Positions 10,397 through 21,431 of a DNA stretch of 64,000 nt are shown here, in pieces. Source of the DNA: Nitrospirales bacterium (GTDB taxonomy: Bacteria > Nitrospirota > Nitrospiria > Nitrospirales > UBA8639); assembly GCA_965203295.1 (NCBI GenBank), contig CBDBCZ010000019.1, positions 1,056,001 to 1,120,000 of the forward strand. The letters are read 5' to 3'. A model generated the notes under the pieces. It had not been told where the DNA came from. It saw nothing but the letters and a program-made list of their open reading frames with translations, and ran no database searches. Position 1 is the stretch's first letter. Each line of letters opens with the position of its first letter. A program made the translations under genes and the position numbers.

Positions 10397-11977
10397 AAAC
10401 ATTGGAGAAGTTTCTTCCCAACTATTACCGAGACTCAGTTTCCCTGATGCAACTCTCGTCCAGGCTGAATGCGCGGGAAGGCATCGAACAGGCATCGGCC
10501 GTGATGGCGACGGAGGCGAACATTAAGTTGCTGTGCGATGCTGGACTGCCGGAGGGCAAGGTTGAGTCTCGACCAGACGATCTTTTGATCGTGATCCGTG
10601 GCGAAGATGAAGCGCTGGAAGCTGCTATGGCCGAGGTGGAGGCCTCGTTCAACGCAAAAGAGAGTGGGGGAGACGGCGAGGCTGCCAAGATACCGCCGCG
10701 AAGCATTGAGATGGCGATGCGTGAGACGCCAACCTCCAACCTGGCTCTGGTATCGACTCCTGGAGTCTATGCCGCTGCAGAGGCTATGAAAGCTCTACGT
10801 CTTGGTCTCCATGTGATGATGTTTTCCGATAATGTGCCTATGGAACAAGAGAAGGTGCTCAAGCGCTATGCTCGTGATCATGAGCTTATGGTCATGGGCC
10901 CGGATTGTGGTACAGCCATCATCAATGGGATTCCACTTGGCTTTGCGAACATGGTCCGTCGCGGCGAAATCGGTCTTGTCGCTGCCTCCGGTACTGGTCT
11001 GCAAGAGGTCACCTGCCTGATCGATCGTTTAGGCAAGGGTATTTCCCAGGCGATCGGTACCGGCGGTCACGATCTGAGCCAAGACATAGGGGGCATCACC
11101 ATGCTGCAAGGGATCGAGGCGTTAGCCGCGGACCCAGAGACCACGATCATCGTGCTGACATCGAAGCCTCCCGCACCTGATGTGGGGGAAAGCGTGCTTG
11201 CTGCCGCTGCGCGTTGCGGCAAGCCGATCGTCGCTAATTTCCTGGGAGCTGAGGCAAATGATGTTCAACGGGACAATGTCCATTCCGCGCGAACCCTGGA
11301 GGATGCCGCGCATATAGCTGTGGCTTTGGCTAATGATATGGCCCCAAAAGCTTGCCCGAAATCCATCAACCCAAAGCTGGCGAAACGCGAAGCAGCCAAA
11401 TTCACGAAAGGGCAGAAATATATTCGAGGTTTTTATAAGTGGGGGCACCTTTTGCTACGAAGCGCTACTGCTTCTGCGTGATGAAATCGGGGCTGTCTAT
11501 TCGAGCACACCGCTACAGCCCGAATTGGCACTGCGCGATGTCTGGAGCAGCCATCAGCATACGGTCATCGACCTTGGTGACGACGTCTTCACCCACGGCC
11601 GGCCCCATCCGATGATCGATCAGAGCCTGCGCAATGAACGCATTTTGAGCGAAGTAGCCGATCCGGAAGTCGCCGTTATTCTCTTGGACGTCGTGCTGGG
11701 CTATGGGGCGAACGATGATCCGACCGCGGAAATGGTTCCCGTGATATGCGCAGCCCAAGCCGAGGCGGCCAACAATGGCCGATACGTCAGCTTTGTCGCT
11801 CAAGTTTGCGGCACTACCGGTGATCCTCAAGACCTATCCCATCAGGAGGCCAAACTTCGGGAAGTCGGCGTAACCCTGGCACAAAGCAATGCCCAGGCAG
11901 TGTATCAGGCTGCAGCGATCGCTGCGGCCGCTGGCCAAGAGTCAACACAAAAATCGTCCAAGAGGAAAGTGCGATGA
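10393..11977 (+). pseudogene. fdrA: FdrA / AllF acyl-CoA-synthetase-like subunit, frameshifted
   Basis: YRDSVSLM, HVMMFSDNV, MGPDCGTA, ASGTGLQE, frameshift near 11435 (GFY/SGGTFCYEA), DLGDDVFTHGRPHPMID, LLDVVLGYG. Confidence 0.9.
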
Positions 11978-13390
11978 TTGGGTTATTCAGCGAGAGCCTC
12001 GAAGTTGTCAATGTTGGCCTAACTTCGTTTGGTGACAATATTCCTCATTCCTCAAGCCGGCGGTGTGGCGTGTGATCTGCAGTGGCGTCCGCCCGCCAGT
12101 GGCGATCCAGAGATCGGCTGGAAATTGGCCAACCTGATCAATCATCCTTTGGTAGAAGCGGCGAACGAAAAAGCCTATCAGGCCTACCTATCATCGCAGC
12201 CGGTGCTGGAAGGTGTCGGCATGGCAGCGGAGGAATTGCCCGACTTTGGTGGACGGATGATTCTGTATTCAGGACCGCCGATCGCGTGGAAAAACATGTG
12301 TGGGCCGGTCCAAGGAGCGATTATCGGCGCCATTCTGCTCGAAGGTTGGACAAATGATGTTGAGGCAGCACGCAAGCTCGCAGAGAACGGAGAGGTGCGC
12401 TTCGAACCTAACCATCACCACAATGCCGTCGGACCCATGGCCGGCATCATCAGCCCGTCAATGCCAGTATGGATCGTGAAAAACCACGAACAGGGTAATC
12501 GGGCTTACTGCAACCTGAATGAAGGCTTGGGCAAGGTTTTGCGATTTGGCGCCAATGCTCAGGACGTGATTGAGCGGCTGCGATGGATGACCAACGTCCT
12601 GGGGCCGATGTTGAAACGGGTGGTGGAAAAGCTCGGCGGTCTCGAACTCAAGCCGTTGATGGCACAAGCCCTTCATATAGGCGACGAAGTGCACAACCGA
12701 AACGTGGCTGCTTCTTCCTTGCTGCTACGCAAGCTGATCCCGGCGGCGCTGCAGGCCGAGATATCGAACTCCAATTTTTCCGCCGTGGCGCGGTTTATTG
12801 CCGGCAATGATCATTTCTTCCTGAACCTCTCTATGGCGGCCTGCAAAGCCATGTTGGATGCGGCATCCGGTGTCGCGTACAGCAGCATGGTCACGGCGAT
12901 GGCACGCAATGAGGTCATGTTCGGTATCCGACTGAGCGGCCTAGGTGAGCGCTGATTCACCACGCAGGCGCCGATCGTCGATGGCCTGTATTTCTCAGGC
13001 TACTCGCCGGCTGATGCAGCCCCTGATCTTGGTGACAGCACGATCACGGAAACCGCTGGCCTTGGGGGCTTTGCCATGGCAGCATCCCCGGCCATTGTCC
13101 AGTTCGTTGGTGGCAGCCCGCACGATGCTGTCGCTAATTCTCGGGAGATGACCAATATCACGCTCGGCCGCAACGGGGCCTTCACGCTGCCAGCCCTTGA
13201 TTTTACTGGTACACCGGCTGGTATCGATGCCTGTAAGGTGGTCGACAGCGGCATTGAACCAATTATCAATAACGGGATTGCGCACAAGGAAGCAGGCATC
13301 GGGCAAATTGGCGCGGGCATCACCTCTGCGCCGATCGCGTGTTTTAATCAGGCGATTTCGGCACTCGCAGATGAATTGCCAATCTCGTAG
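11974..13390 (+). pseudogene. DUF1116 / AllG (YlbE/YahG)-like protein, disrupted
   Basis: ATG 11974 (VVNVGLTSF); 7-bp duplication ATTCCTC at 12040-12053; in-frame TGA 12953-12955; NEGLGKVLRFGA, GDEVHNRN, GDSTITET, GIAHKEAGIGQIGAG. Confidence 0.9.
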
Positions 13391-13547
13391 GGTGTTGAAA
13401 AAGGCCGCCAGCGGCGTTCTCCTTCGTTTTCCGCCTCCGGCGCGCACAGACATGACGCTTTTCGCCTCGTGCGCTCTCACGTACTCCCATGTACGCTCCG
13501 AGGTCCTCACTCAGTGTGGCCTTGCTGGACGACCTTTTTGAACGCCC
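13390..13547. repeat. MITE-like element, copy 2
   Basis: GGGTGTTGAAAAAGG...CCTTTTTGAACGCCC, flanked by TA on both sides (13388-89, 13548-49). Confidence 0.8.
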
Positions 13548-13645
13548 TATGGTAAAAAATCTGAGTTGCCAGCCTTTCCTTACTTTTACGCGGATTTCGA
13601 GTTTTTCGATATCCTTCTAGGTTGAAATAACGCGAGGCGGTGGAC

Positions 13646-14599
13646 ATGTCAGCAAACAGTAAGCTTGCTATCGTAGCGGTCGGTGGTAATGCCCTGATCA
13701 TCGATGAAGGCCACAATGCTATTCCCGATCAGGCCAAAGCGTCAGCACGGACATCCCGCTATATCGCGGATATCGCTGAAGCCGGTTTGAACATCGTCGT
13801 GACTCACGGTAATGGATTACAGGTGGGCTTTATCTTGCGCCGGTCTGAGATTGCCCTTGGCGAAGTACCGCCGGTGCCGATGGACTATGCCAGCGCCGAC
13901 ACCCAGGGCGCTATTGGCTACATATTTCAGCGTGCCTTGCATAACGAGTTCCGCCGCCGCGGCATCAGGCGAGAGGCTATCACCATGGTCACCCAGGTCC
14001 TGGTTGACCGGAACGATCCGGCTTTTGAAGACCCGACTAAGCCAATTGGCTCCTATATGGATGAGGACACTGCCCTTAAGTTAGGGGCGCGACAGAAGTG
14101 GCAGGTCAAAGAGGATTCAGGTCGCGGCTGGCGTCGGGTCGTACCCTCGCCTCTGCCACAGGAGATCATTGAGCTGAAAGCGATCCGTCAACTGCTCGAC
14201 GATGGGTATGTGGTGGTGGCCTGCGGCGGGGGTGGTATTCCAGTCTATGAAACCGAGAGCGGGGCCTTGAAAGGTGTCGAAGCGGTGATTGATAAGGATC
14301 TTGCTTCCAGCCTGTTGGCCAGAAAATTGGGAGCTGACATGTTGTTGATCTGTACCAGTGTGGAAAAGGTCGCTATCAATTTCAATACACCGGATGAACA
14401 CTGGCTCGACAGCATGACGCTTGCTGAGGCGAAGGACTTTCGTGCTAAAGGACAGTTCGGTGAGGATAGCATGGAGCCAAAGATCAGCGCCCTGATCAGC
14501 TATCTCGAAGATGGCGGCCGCACAGGCATCGTCACAGACCCTCCCAACATGGCCCTTGCGATCACGGGTAAAGCAGGTACACGTCTGGTTCTGGACTGA
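13646..14599 (+). CDS. arcC: Carbamate kinase
   Basis: AVGGNAL, THGNGLQVG, DPAFEDPTKPIG, WRRVVPSP, GGGGIPV, EAVIDKD; ORF full length but with substitutions in conserved motifs. Confidence 0.9.
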   Translation: MSANSKLAIVAVGGNALIIDEGHNAIPDQAKASARTSRYIADIAEAGLNIVVTHGNGLQVGFILRRSEIALGEVPPVPMDYASADTQGAIGYIFQRALHNEFRRRGIRREAITMVTQVLVDRNDPAFEDPTKPIGSYMDEDTALKLGARQKWQVKEDSGRGWRRVVPSPLPQEIIELKAIRQLLDDGYVVVACGGGGIPVYETESGALKGVEAVIDKDLASSLLARKLGADMLLICTSVEKVAINFNTPDEHWLDSMTLAEAKDFRAKGQFGEDSMEPKISALISYLEDGGRTGIVTDPPNMALAITGKAGTRLVLD

Positions 14600-14971
14600 C
14601 CCCTTAACGTGTTGTCGAGCGTGGCTTGTCCAGGCGAAAGTCCATCCAGGATGCAATCTGCGACCATGCGCATCTCGGTCTCTCGGCTTCTGGGGAGGGG
14701 ATTGTAGAGACAAAGCCTCCAATCGGTAGGCGAGGATCGTTCGGCGATAGGCCTTGAGCTACCGACATCCAAAACCAATGTCTGAAAAGCCAACGCCCAA
14801 TTGATTCTGGCCCCACTTGAGAATTCCGGTCTTTCGGTCACCTAAGGCTGGCTCTAGCCGATAGATTTGTGGCCGCATCGTTAGGGAATCCAAGGTTGAG
14901 TGTGCAGCCTTCCCACATGGTTCCAGAGTAAAGAATTCCCACGAGGGAAAAGGCTGGTATGTGGCTCATGG

Positions 14972-16505
14972 TTACCCTTCCGCCTTTGCAGTTTGCTGAC
15001 TGGCTGTGGCCACGTCCCATCCCACGCCCACGGCCTTGAAGAGTGCCACCATTTCATTAATACGGGCCCGTTGCGTTTCGACGAGCGCCTGTTCCGCAAA
15101 CAGAACAGAGCGTTGCGCTTCAAGGACATCGAGGTAAGTCACCAATCCTTCACGGTACCGAATTTCAGCTAACTCTCGGGCTTCCTGAGCCGCTTCGACT
15201 GTCCAGTTGTTTCCTTCTGGTTTGTAACGCGACAAGGAGATCAGCGACTTCCCGAAAGGCGTTGAGAATGGTTTGCTGGTAACGTTCTAAGAGTTGTTCG
15301 TGTCGGGCCTCAGCAGCTTCCAATCGTACGAGGTTGGTAAAGCCTGTGAAAATAGGAAGAGTGACGGACGGTCCAATAGTCATGGTTCGGCTTTCCCAAT
15401 TGAACCATTTGTTGAATTCACTGGTTTGAAACCTGCCACTCCCTGTGATGGCCACAGAGGGAAAGAAGTAAGCCCGTGCCTCTCCGATTCGTGCGTTGGC
15501 TGCGATGAGCGTGTGCTCGACTTCACGAATATCTGGCCGTCTTTCGAGGAGATCAGAAGGCAACCCCACGGGAATCTCCGGCTTCACCAACAGATCTCGA
15601 AGTGGTCGGTGGGGGAGTCGAAGGCTATTTGGTGTAGAACCCGTGAGCACTTGTAAGCGATGGAGTTCAAGAGCCCGGAGCCGCTGGATATTAGGGATTT
15701 CAGCCGCGCTTTCAGCCACAAGCACTTCGGCTCGTTTGACATCCAGGTTATTGGCCAGGCCCGCTTTCCCGCGGCTGGTGATGAGATTTAGAGAATCCTG
15801 TCGAATGGCCAGATTTTTTTCAGCTATTTCGATCTGTTCATCCAATTCCCGTAAACGGAAATAGGATTGTCCAACATCGCTAATGAGCGACAACATGACC
15901 GCTCGGCGGTCTATATCCAGGGCTTCTGCCTCTTCCCGTGCCCATTCTTGTCCGCGTCGTATCCGTCCCCATAAATCAAGTTCCCAGCGCAAATCCAGCA
16001 CGGCATTCCAAATATCGAAGTCTGCACCGGGCGGGGCAAAGCCTTCCGGTGCCCCGCTAGTGGGTGCTGCAAGTATGGTCTCTGATCGGCGAATTCGGTT
16101 GTAGCTGCCATCGAGATTGAGTTGTGGGTATAGGCCGGCCCCAGCGCCTAGGGTAATGGCGCGGCCTTCGAGCACACGGTAGCTCGCTTCTCCCAAATCG
16201 TGATTTTTTCTTAATGCCAGAGCAATCAACGAATCGAGCTCGTCGTTCTTGAAAGCTCGCCACCAATTGGCTTCTGGAAGTGCTTCAGTTGAGAAGGAGA
16301 ATTCCTTGAATTCTTCATCCTGAAATTCTTGACCCCATTCCGTAGGTATCTCAAGCTCAGGGCGTTCATAGTCTGGCCCAACCATACAGGCGGTCAAGCT
16401 TCCGGCAATGGACATGACGATAAGACCATAGGCGAAACGGCCATAGAAGAAATGGCACGAACTTTTTTGTCGCCATCTCAGTAAATGTCTTTTTACTGTT
16501 TCCAT
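14972..16505 (-). pseudogene. NodT/TolC-family outer-membrane efflux lipoprotein, frameshifted
   Basis: Lipobox LTAC-MVGPDY, WELDLWG, GLPSDLLERRPDI; frameshift near 15200; tail YREGLVTYLDVLEAQR. Confidence 0.85.
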
Positions 16506-16519
16506 AGCGCTCTCCTCCC

Positions 16520-17491
16520 TTACGGTATTCCGGCCGGTTCCTGGTTCCCCTCATCCTGGATCGGTTCTTTCCGTTCAATAAAGACATCAACCTGCTGGCC
16601 AACATAAACTGGGAATTGCGGTTTCGCGAATCGATAAATGACTTGAAGGACTCGAGTATCCACGCGTTCACGATTATCTCCAGTGAGGGAACGTTTCGGG
16701 ACAATGTAGGGTTCGATGCGGGTAAAGGTAAGGGAGATTGCTTTGTCGGTTGACCCCTTGAGGTAGGCTACGGCCGGACTGTCAACCTGCACTAAGGGGG
16801 CATTGACTTCATCCACATCAGCACGAACTTGCAGCGTCTCGATAGCTCCGAGAAGAATGAGAGATTCATCAGGTCCCACCATGGCATACTCGCCCGCCCG
16901 GACATTGACTTGAAGGACTGTGCCCGACCGTGGAGCTCGAACCGTTAAGCGGTCAAGAAGAGCTTTGGTTTCATCCCGCTAGGTCTTAATCAATTTGAGG
17001 TCGGTTTGGGCCCGTAACAATGCGTGTTTGGCCCTTTCCACCTCATGCCATTTTCGTTTGATGTCATCGACACTGACGGCTCGGCGGTCTTGAACGGCTT
17101 GAAATCGTTTCAATTGGTCGATCAAATCTTTCAAGAGGACTCGTTGCTCGGCGATTCGGGCCTTGGCTGATGGAATGGCAAATTCCCGAGTTCGAAGCCG
17201 GGCACGCAACTCACGGTCATCCAACTGAAACAAGGGTGCTCCACGTTCCACCCGATCGCTGACCGCGACATGGACCTGGGTGATAAGGCCTGATACAGGA
17301 GGAGCGATTCGGACATTCTCATTGATTGCCTCGATGATTCCCGCCGCCGCAACGGTTGCAGCGTAGGGATTGGTCGGTGGTGTTTCGAGAGGAGGAGGCG
17401 CAATCGGCTTTTCCCCTGCCCCCTAAAGCGCGTCAATGGTGAGAAAGATTCCGAGAATCGCAATCCAAAAACTGAGTCGCCGAAGGATCAT
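16520..17491 (-). pseudogene. HlyD-family membrane fusion protein, disrupted
   Basis: ATG 17491; frameshift near 17425; in-frame TAG 16979-16981; VRADVDE, PKRSLTGDNRERVDTRVLQV. Confidence 0.85.
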
Positions 17492-18217
17492 GAGGTCGTC
17501 CTTTCTCCGTTGTGGTCAACCTGATGGATCCGGCCATCATCCATATGGACGATTCGATCGCCGAATTCAAAAATTCTGGAATCATGCGTGATGATGATCA
17601 TGGCCCGATCGGACCGCTTCCCGACTTGCTGCATCCGCTCCACCACCTTGTGTCCCGTATCCGCATCAAGGCTAGCCGTCGGCTCATCACATAACAGCAA
17701 CCGAGGTTCGCCGACTAATGCCCGGGCAATGGCAACCCGCTGTTGCTCACCACCGGAAAGCTTTGCGGGTAAGGCCTTAGCACGTTGGCTCATCCCAAGC
17801 TGGTCCAAAGTTTCTACGGCTCGGCTGAACGCTTGATTTTTCGCCATGCCTCGAATCAATAAAGGCATAGTGGCGTTCTCGGTAGCCGTCAATGTCGGCA
17901 AGAGGTTGAATTGTTGAAACACAAAGCCTAAGTGTGCTTTTCGGAACTCGGTTTTGGCTGAAGGAGAAATTTCGGGAATTGATTGATCCAAGATGGTGAG
18001 TTCCCCCTGAGCTGTCTCAAGAATTCCAGCAATGACGGAGAGGAGGGTTGTCTTGCCGCTCCACAAGAAAGAGAACTTCTCCCATGGCGACATCCAAATC
18101 CACGCCCTTGAGCACAGGGACCTGAGTGTCGCCTTCTCCAAAAGTCTTGCTGATTCCGCGAGCCCGTACCAATGGTCGGGGTGTGGCTTCCGGTGTCGAT
18201 AAACTGGAATTGGCCAT
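17488..18217 (-). pseudogene. ABC transporter ATP-binding protein (LolD/DevA-like), frameshifted in Walker A
   Basis: VLKGVDL in one frame, [20 protein letters not shown] in another; deletion near 18062. Confidence 0.85.
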
Positions 18218-18219
18218 GG

Positions 18220-19341
18220 TTACCCTCGAAAGACAATCGCCGGTGAGCTTGCGAATGCTGATGGCACTGGATATGGCACAGAGCCCAACAGAGCGACGAA
18301 CATGCCAGCCACAAGGGGCTATGTTTCGACAAACGGCAATCTATCTTCCCCTGCTACGGTCAGTCCAAAAAGTGTAGCTAATCCTACACCGATCCCGTAT
18401 CCGATAAACCCGACAGTGAAACTCTGGAGCAAGATCATGCGAGCGAGCATCCCAGTGCTCGCTCCGATGGCCTTTAATGCACCAAATTGTTTGAGGTTTT
18501 CCACGGTGAATAAATAAAATGTTTATCCCGAGATGGCCATGCCAACGAGAAATCCTAGAAAGACTGTCGTGCCAAAATTGACGCCGATCCCCGTGTTGTT
18601 CAACACCCATTGAATAGTCTTCCAGCCGAACTCCTCCGCGGTATACGCCCCAAGACTCGTCTCGGCTGTGATGCGACGGGCCAAATTCTCAGGGGATATC
18701 CCGTCGACCGGTTTGGCAAGAACATAGGATAACTTTCGCCGCTCGGGAGGTGTATAGCTCAGCGCACGATCGTAGGTCGTGTACACAAAGGGGACATTTT
18801 GAAAGCTTTTTTGAGTATAAGCGATGGCCACAACTTTGGCTTGACGATCATTAATTTCAAAAATGGTTCCGAGTTTGATCATGTCCGGACCTCCTAGGCG
18901 ATCCACCGTCCATATATCGACGACGACGGTATCGGGGGTACGGAGATCTTCGATTCGCCCTTCAAGAATTTTCGTCGGCCGACCAATCAAGGTTGCCGAA
19001 TCCAACCCAACTAAGGAAATCTGTTGGTAATTCCCATCAGCCAGTTTGGCCCGCTGTAATCCCTTATACAAAGGCACGGCCCACTCGACGCCTGGTACAC
19101 TCCGCACGATCGTGACAGCGGTATCGGCCAAGGGTTTGACCTCTTCGACTTGATTAATATTCGGATCGGTGACCCAGATCGGTGCATTAATATTGCTAAT
19201 GCCGGATTGGGACCAGGTCATGAAGCCCCAGAAAATTGAGCCTTGCTGGACGATCAACATCGTCGAAAAGGTCAGTCCAGCCAACAGCATGAGATACTTG
19301 GCCCGATCGCCAAACAACATTTTTAAAGCAATAAAATTCAT
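18220..19341 (-). pseudogene. ABC transporter permease (FtsX/DevC-like), disrupted
   Basis: ALKMLFGDRAKY; in-frame TAA 18523-18525; ENLKQFGALKAIGA; further lesions near 18230-18320. Confidence 0.85.
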
Positions 19342-20021
19342 GTTTTCTTTATCTTTCTCGTGCGTCGAATTGATCGACCATTCACTTGTTTGGACATTCT
19401 TTTTTTACGGTTAGGCACCCGAAGACCATTCAAAAAGACCGTGACGAAGGTGTTGACAATCTGTTCAAATGATTGAGGAACAGTCACGCCAAACAGTTGG
19501 CTAAGGAGGCGATGATAAATCAACATCCCCATAAACGCCCTGGCCGAAACTAAAGGTGGAACAGGGCGAAAGACCCCTTCGTGTATGCGCTGGTCGATAT
19601 ACCCTCCTAAAAAGTCGTAAAACACGCGAACGTGTTTTTTGAAAAACATATCTGAGAGTTCGTGCCCTTCCAACGCGCTAAACAACAAGAGCCGCAAGAG
19701 GTTTGGGTCAGACACCTTGTAGACAATGGCCTTCGCTATATGAGTAAACACCGCGAGGTCATCTTCTTGTTTCGTCAATTTGCGAATATCGGCTAAGAGC
19801 CCAGGAACCGGAGATTGTTCGGCCATAATCGCCGCATAAAGGTGATTCTTTGTCGGAAAATGTCTGAACACCAAGGCTTCGCTCACGCCAGCCCGTTTTG
19901 CAATTTCTCGGGTCTTGGTTCCATTAAATCCCTTGGCGGCAAACAGGGATGTCGCAGATTCGAGAATACTGGCTTTGCGTTCTGAACTGGAAATTCGAAC
20001 GGTAGGGAGTGTCTTTTTCAT
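19338..20021 (-). CDS. TetR/AcrR-family regulator
   Basis: LFAAKGFNGTKTREIAKRAGVSEALVFRHF HTH; start taken at ATG 20021. Confidence 0.9.
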   Translation of the reverse strand: MKKTLPTVRISSSERKASILESATSLFAAKGFNGTKTREIAKRAGVSEALVFRHFPTKNHLYAAIMAEQSPVPGLLADIRKLTKQEDDLAVFTHIAKAIVYKVSDPNLLRLLLFSALEGHELSDMFFKKHVRVFYDFLGGYIDQRIHEGVFRPVPPLVSARAFMGMLIYHRLLSQLFGVTVPQSFEQIVNTFVTVFLNGLRVPNRKKRMSKQVNGRSIRRTRKIKKT

Positions 20022-20041
20022 TCTGGCGTTGCTATCCTCTG

Positions 20042-20097
20042 GTAAGTAAGTATTTACTAACATTAGAAATTTACTCTCACAGAAATCTGATTGTCAA
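20042..20097 (-). promoter_or_regulatory. Sigma70-like promoter with palindromic TetR operator
   Basis: TTGACA at 20097-20092 (minus strand); imperfect palindrome GTAAGTAAGTATTTACTAAC at 20042-20061. Confidence 0.6.
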
Positions 20098-20278
20098 CAA
20101 GAAATTCCACCTGGATTTTGAAGAATGCCGGAATTCCTGGTGTGGTACGACGATCCCATCTGCTGCCTCTTGATTTCCCATCAAGAGACACATACCTACG
20201 TATCCACTGTTAATTAAATAGCTGTATAATGAAACAAAGAAGCGTTAAGAAAAGAGTAAGGGAGCCAAAACAGAAGAG

Positions 20279-21106
20279 TATGGACTTTCAACAAATGATC
20301 GGTCTTGGAGTAGCTGGTAACTTCACGGGCCACTTGGAACAGGCAGGAGAAGCGGAATATTTTGTCGATGTCAAAGTCAGGGATAATCAACAGCCGAAAG
20401 GCTTATTTCCCTTTTATGTCCCTGGATATGCCGCTTCATTTCTGAACACCTATCCGATTTCGTCAACACACATTACCTTCCCTCAAGAAGGCGTCGATCT
20501 GCAAATAGAGCCGGAAATGGCCATCATTTGTAGGTTGGGCTATCAAAAGGAGAAAGTCCACGAACTCCATCCTGTGAAATTTGGCGCATATAATGACTGC
20601 TCAATTAGAAAACCAGGAGCACGAAAAATTAGTGAAAAGAAAAATTGGGGAAAACACTCAAAAGGGTTGTCTCAGAACCTGATAGAGATCGATCGCTTTA
20701 CTTCTGGAGGCATCATGGACCAATTCCGCATTGCGTCCTTCCTCAGACGAGACGAACAATTGCATGAATATGGAATTGACAGCCCTGCGTTAGGGTACAG
20801 CTATTTTATGAGCCCTTACAAGAGTGGATCATTGACAGGATGAATTCTCAAATTGATGAAGGACCACTTGAGTCGATTGCAGAGCTGATTCGACAGGCCA
20901 AGTATCCGGAATACGCCATCATTAGCATAGGAGCTACTCGGTACACAGAGTTTGGAGAACGGACCTATTTACAACCGGGCGATGAAAGCATTGTAGTTGT
21001 CTATGACTGGTCTATTTATGAGTCCAAAGCCATCGTGCAACGCTTGAATGAGCGTAATTATGAAGGGGCGGGCATGCCTGTCCTGTCACAGCACGTTGTC
21101 ACATAA
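20279..21106 (+). pseudogene. DUF5718-like protein, frameshifted
   Basis: GLGVAGNFTGHLEQAGEA, AYNDCSIR, KISEKKNWG; frameshift near 20805; ISIGATRYT. Confidence 0.75.
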
Positions 21107-21431
21107 CAAAAGAAACCCTGCAGCTCTCGCCGGAGTATGCGAATCGGTATAACGAATTGCGTTCGTCCTTGCTCCTTTTTGTCAATAAACGTTTTGCTGT
21201 TATCCTCGGAGTTTCAACTCAGGAAAATTTTCGAACTTTCACTAATACTCCTCCAATCCTTTTCTTGCCATTTCTTTACCCCTTTTCTTCTTTTCCTTCT
21301 TTCTGCGGTAGGCTCTGTGTGTTCATCTTCTGGGTGAGCTTGATTATTGCTCGATCTTCCTATTCACTGGTTTCTAAAATTCGCATAGCTAACTCAATGA
21401 CTTGGCTTTAAGAACCTCATTTTGATCCCTA

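Noticed and set aside
12953..12955. Selenocysteine TGA in the DUF1116 gene
   Set aside because: The context (ER*F) fits a Trp TGG-to-TGA change, and the gene is already frameshifted upstream.
14600..14841. Possible LysR-type C-terminal remnant on the minus strand
   Set aside because: The similarity is too weak to support without a search.
21110..21420. Purine-rich minus-strand stretch resembling a decayed gene or TA pair
   Set aside because: It has multiple stops and no convincing family motif.
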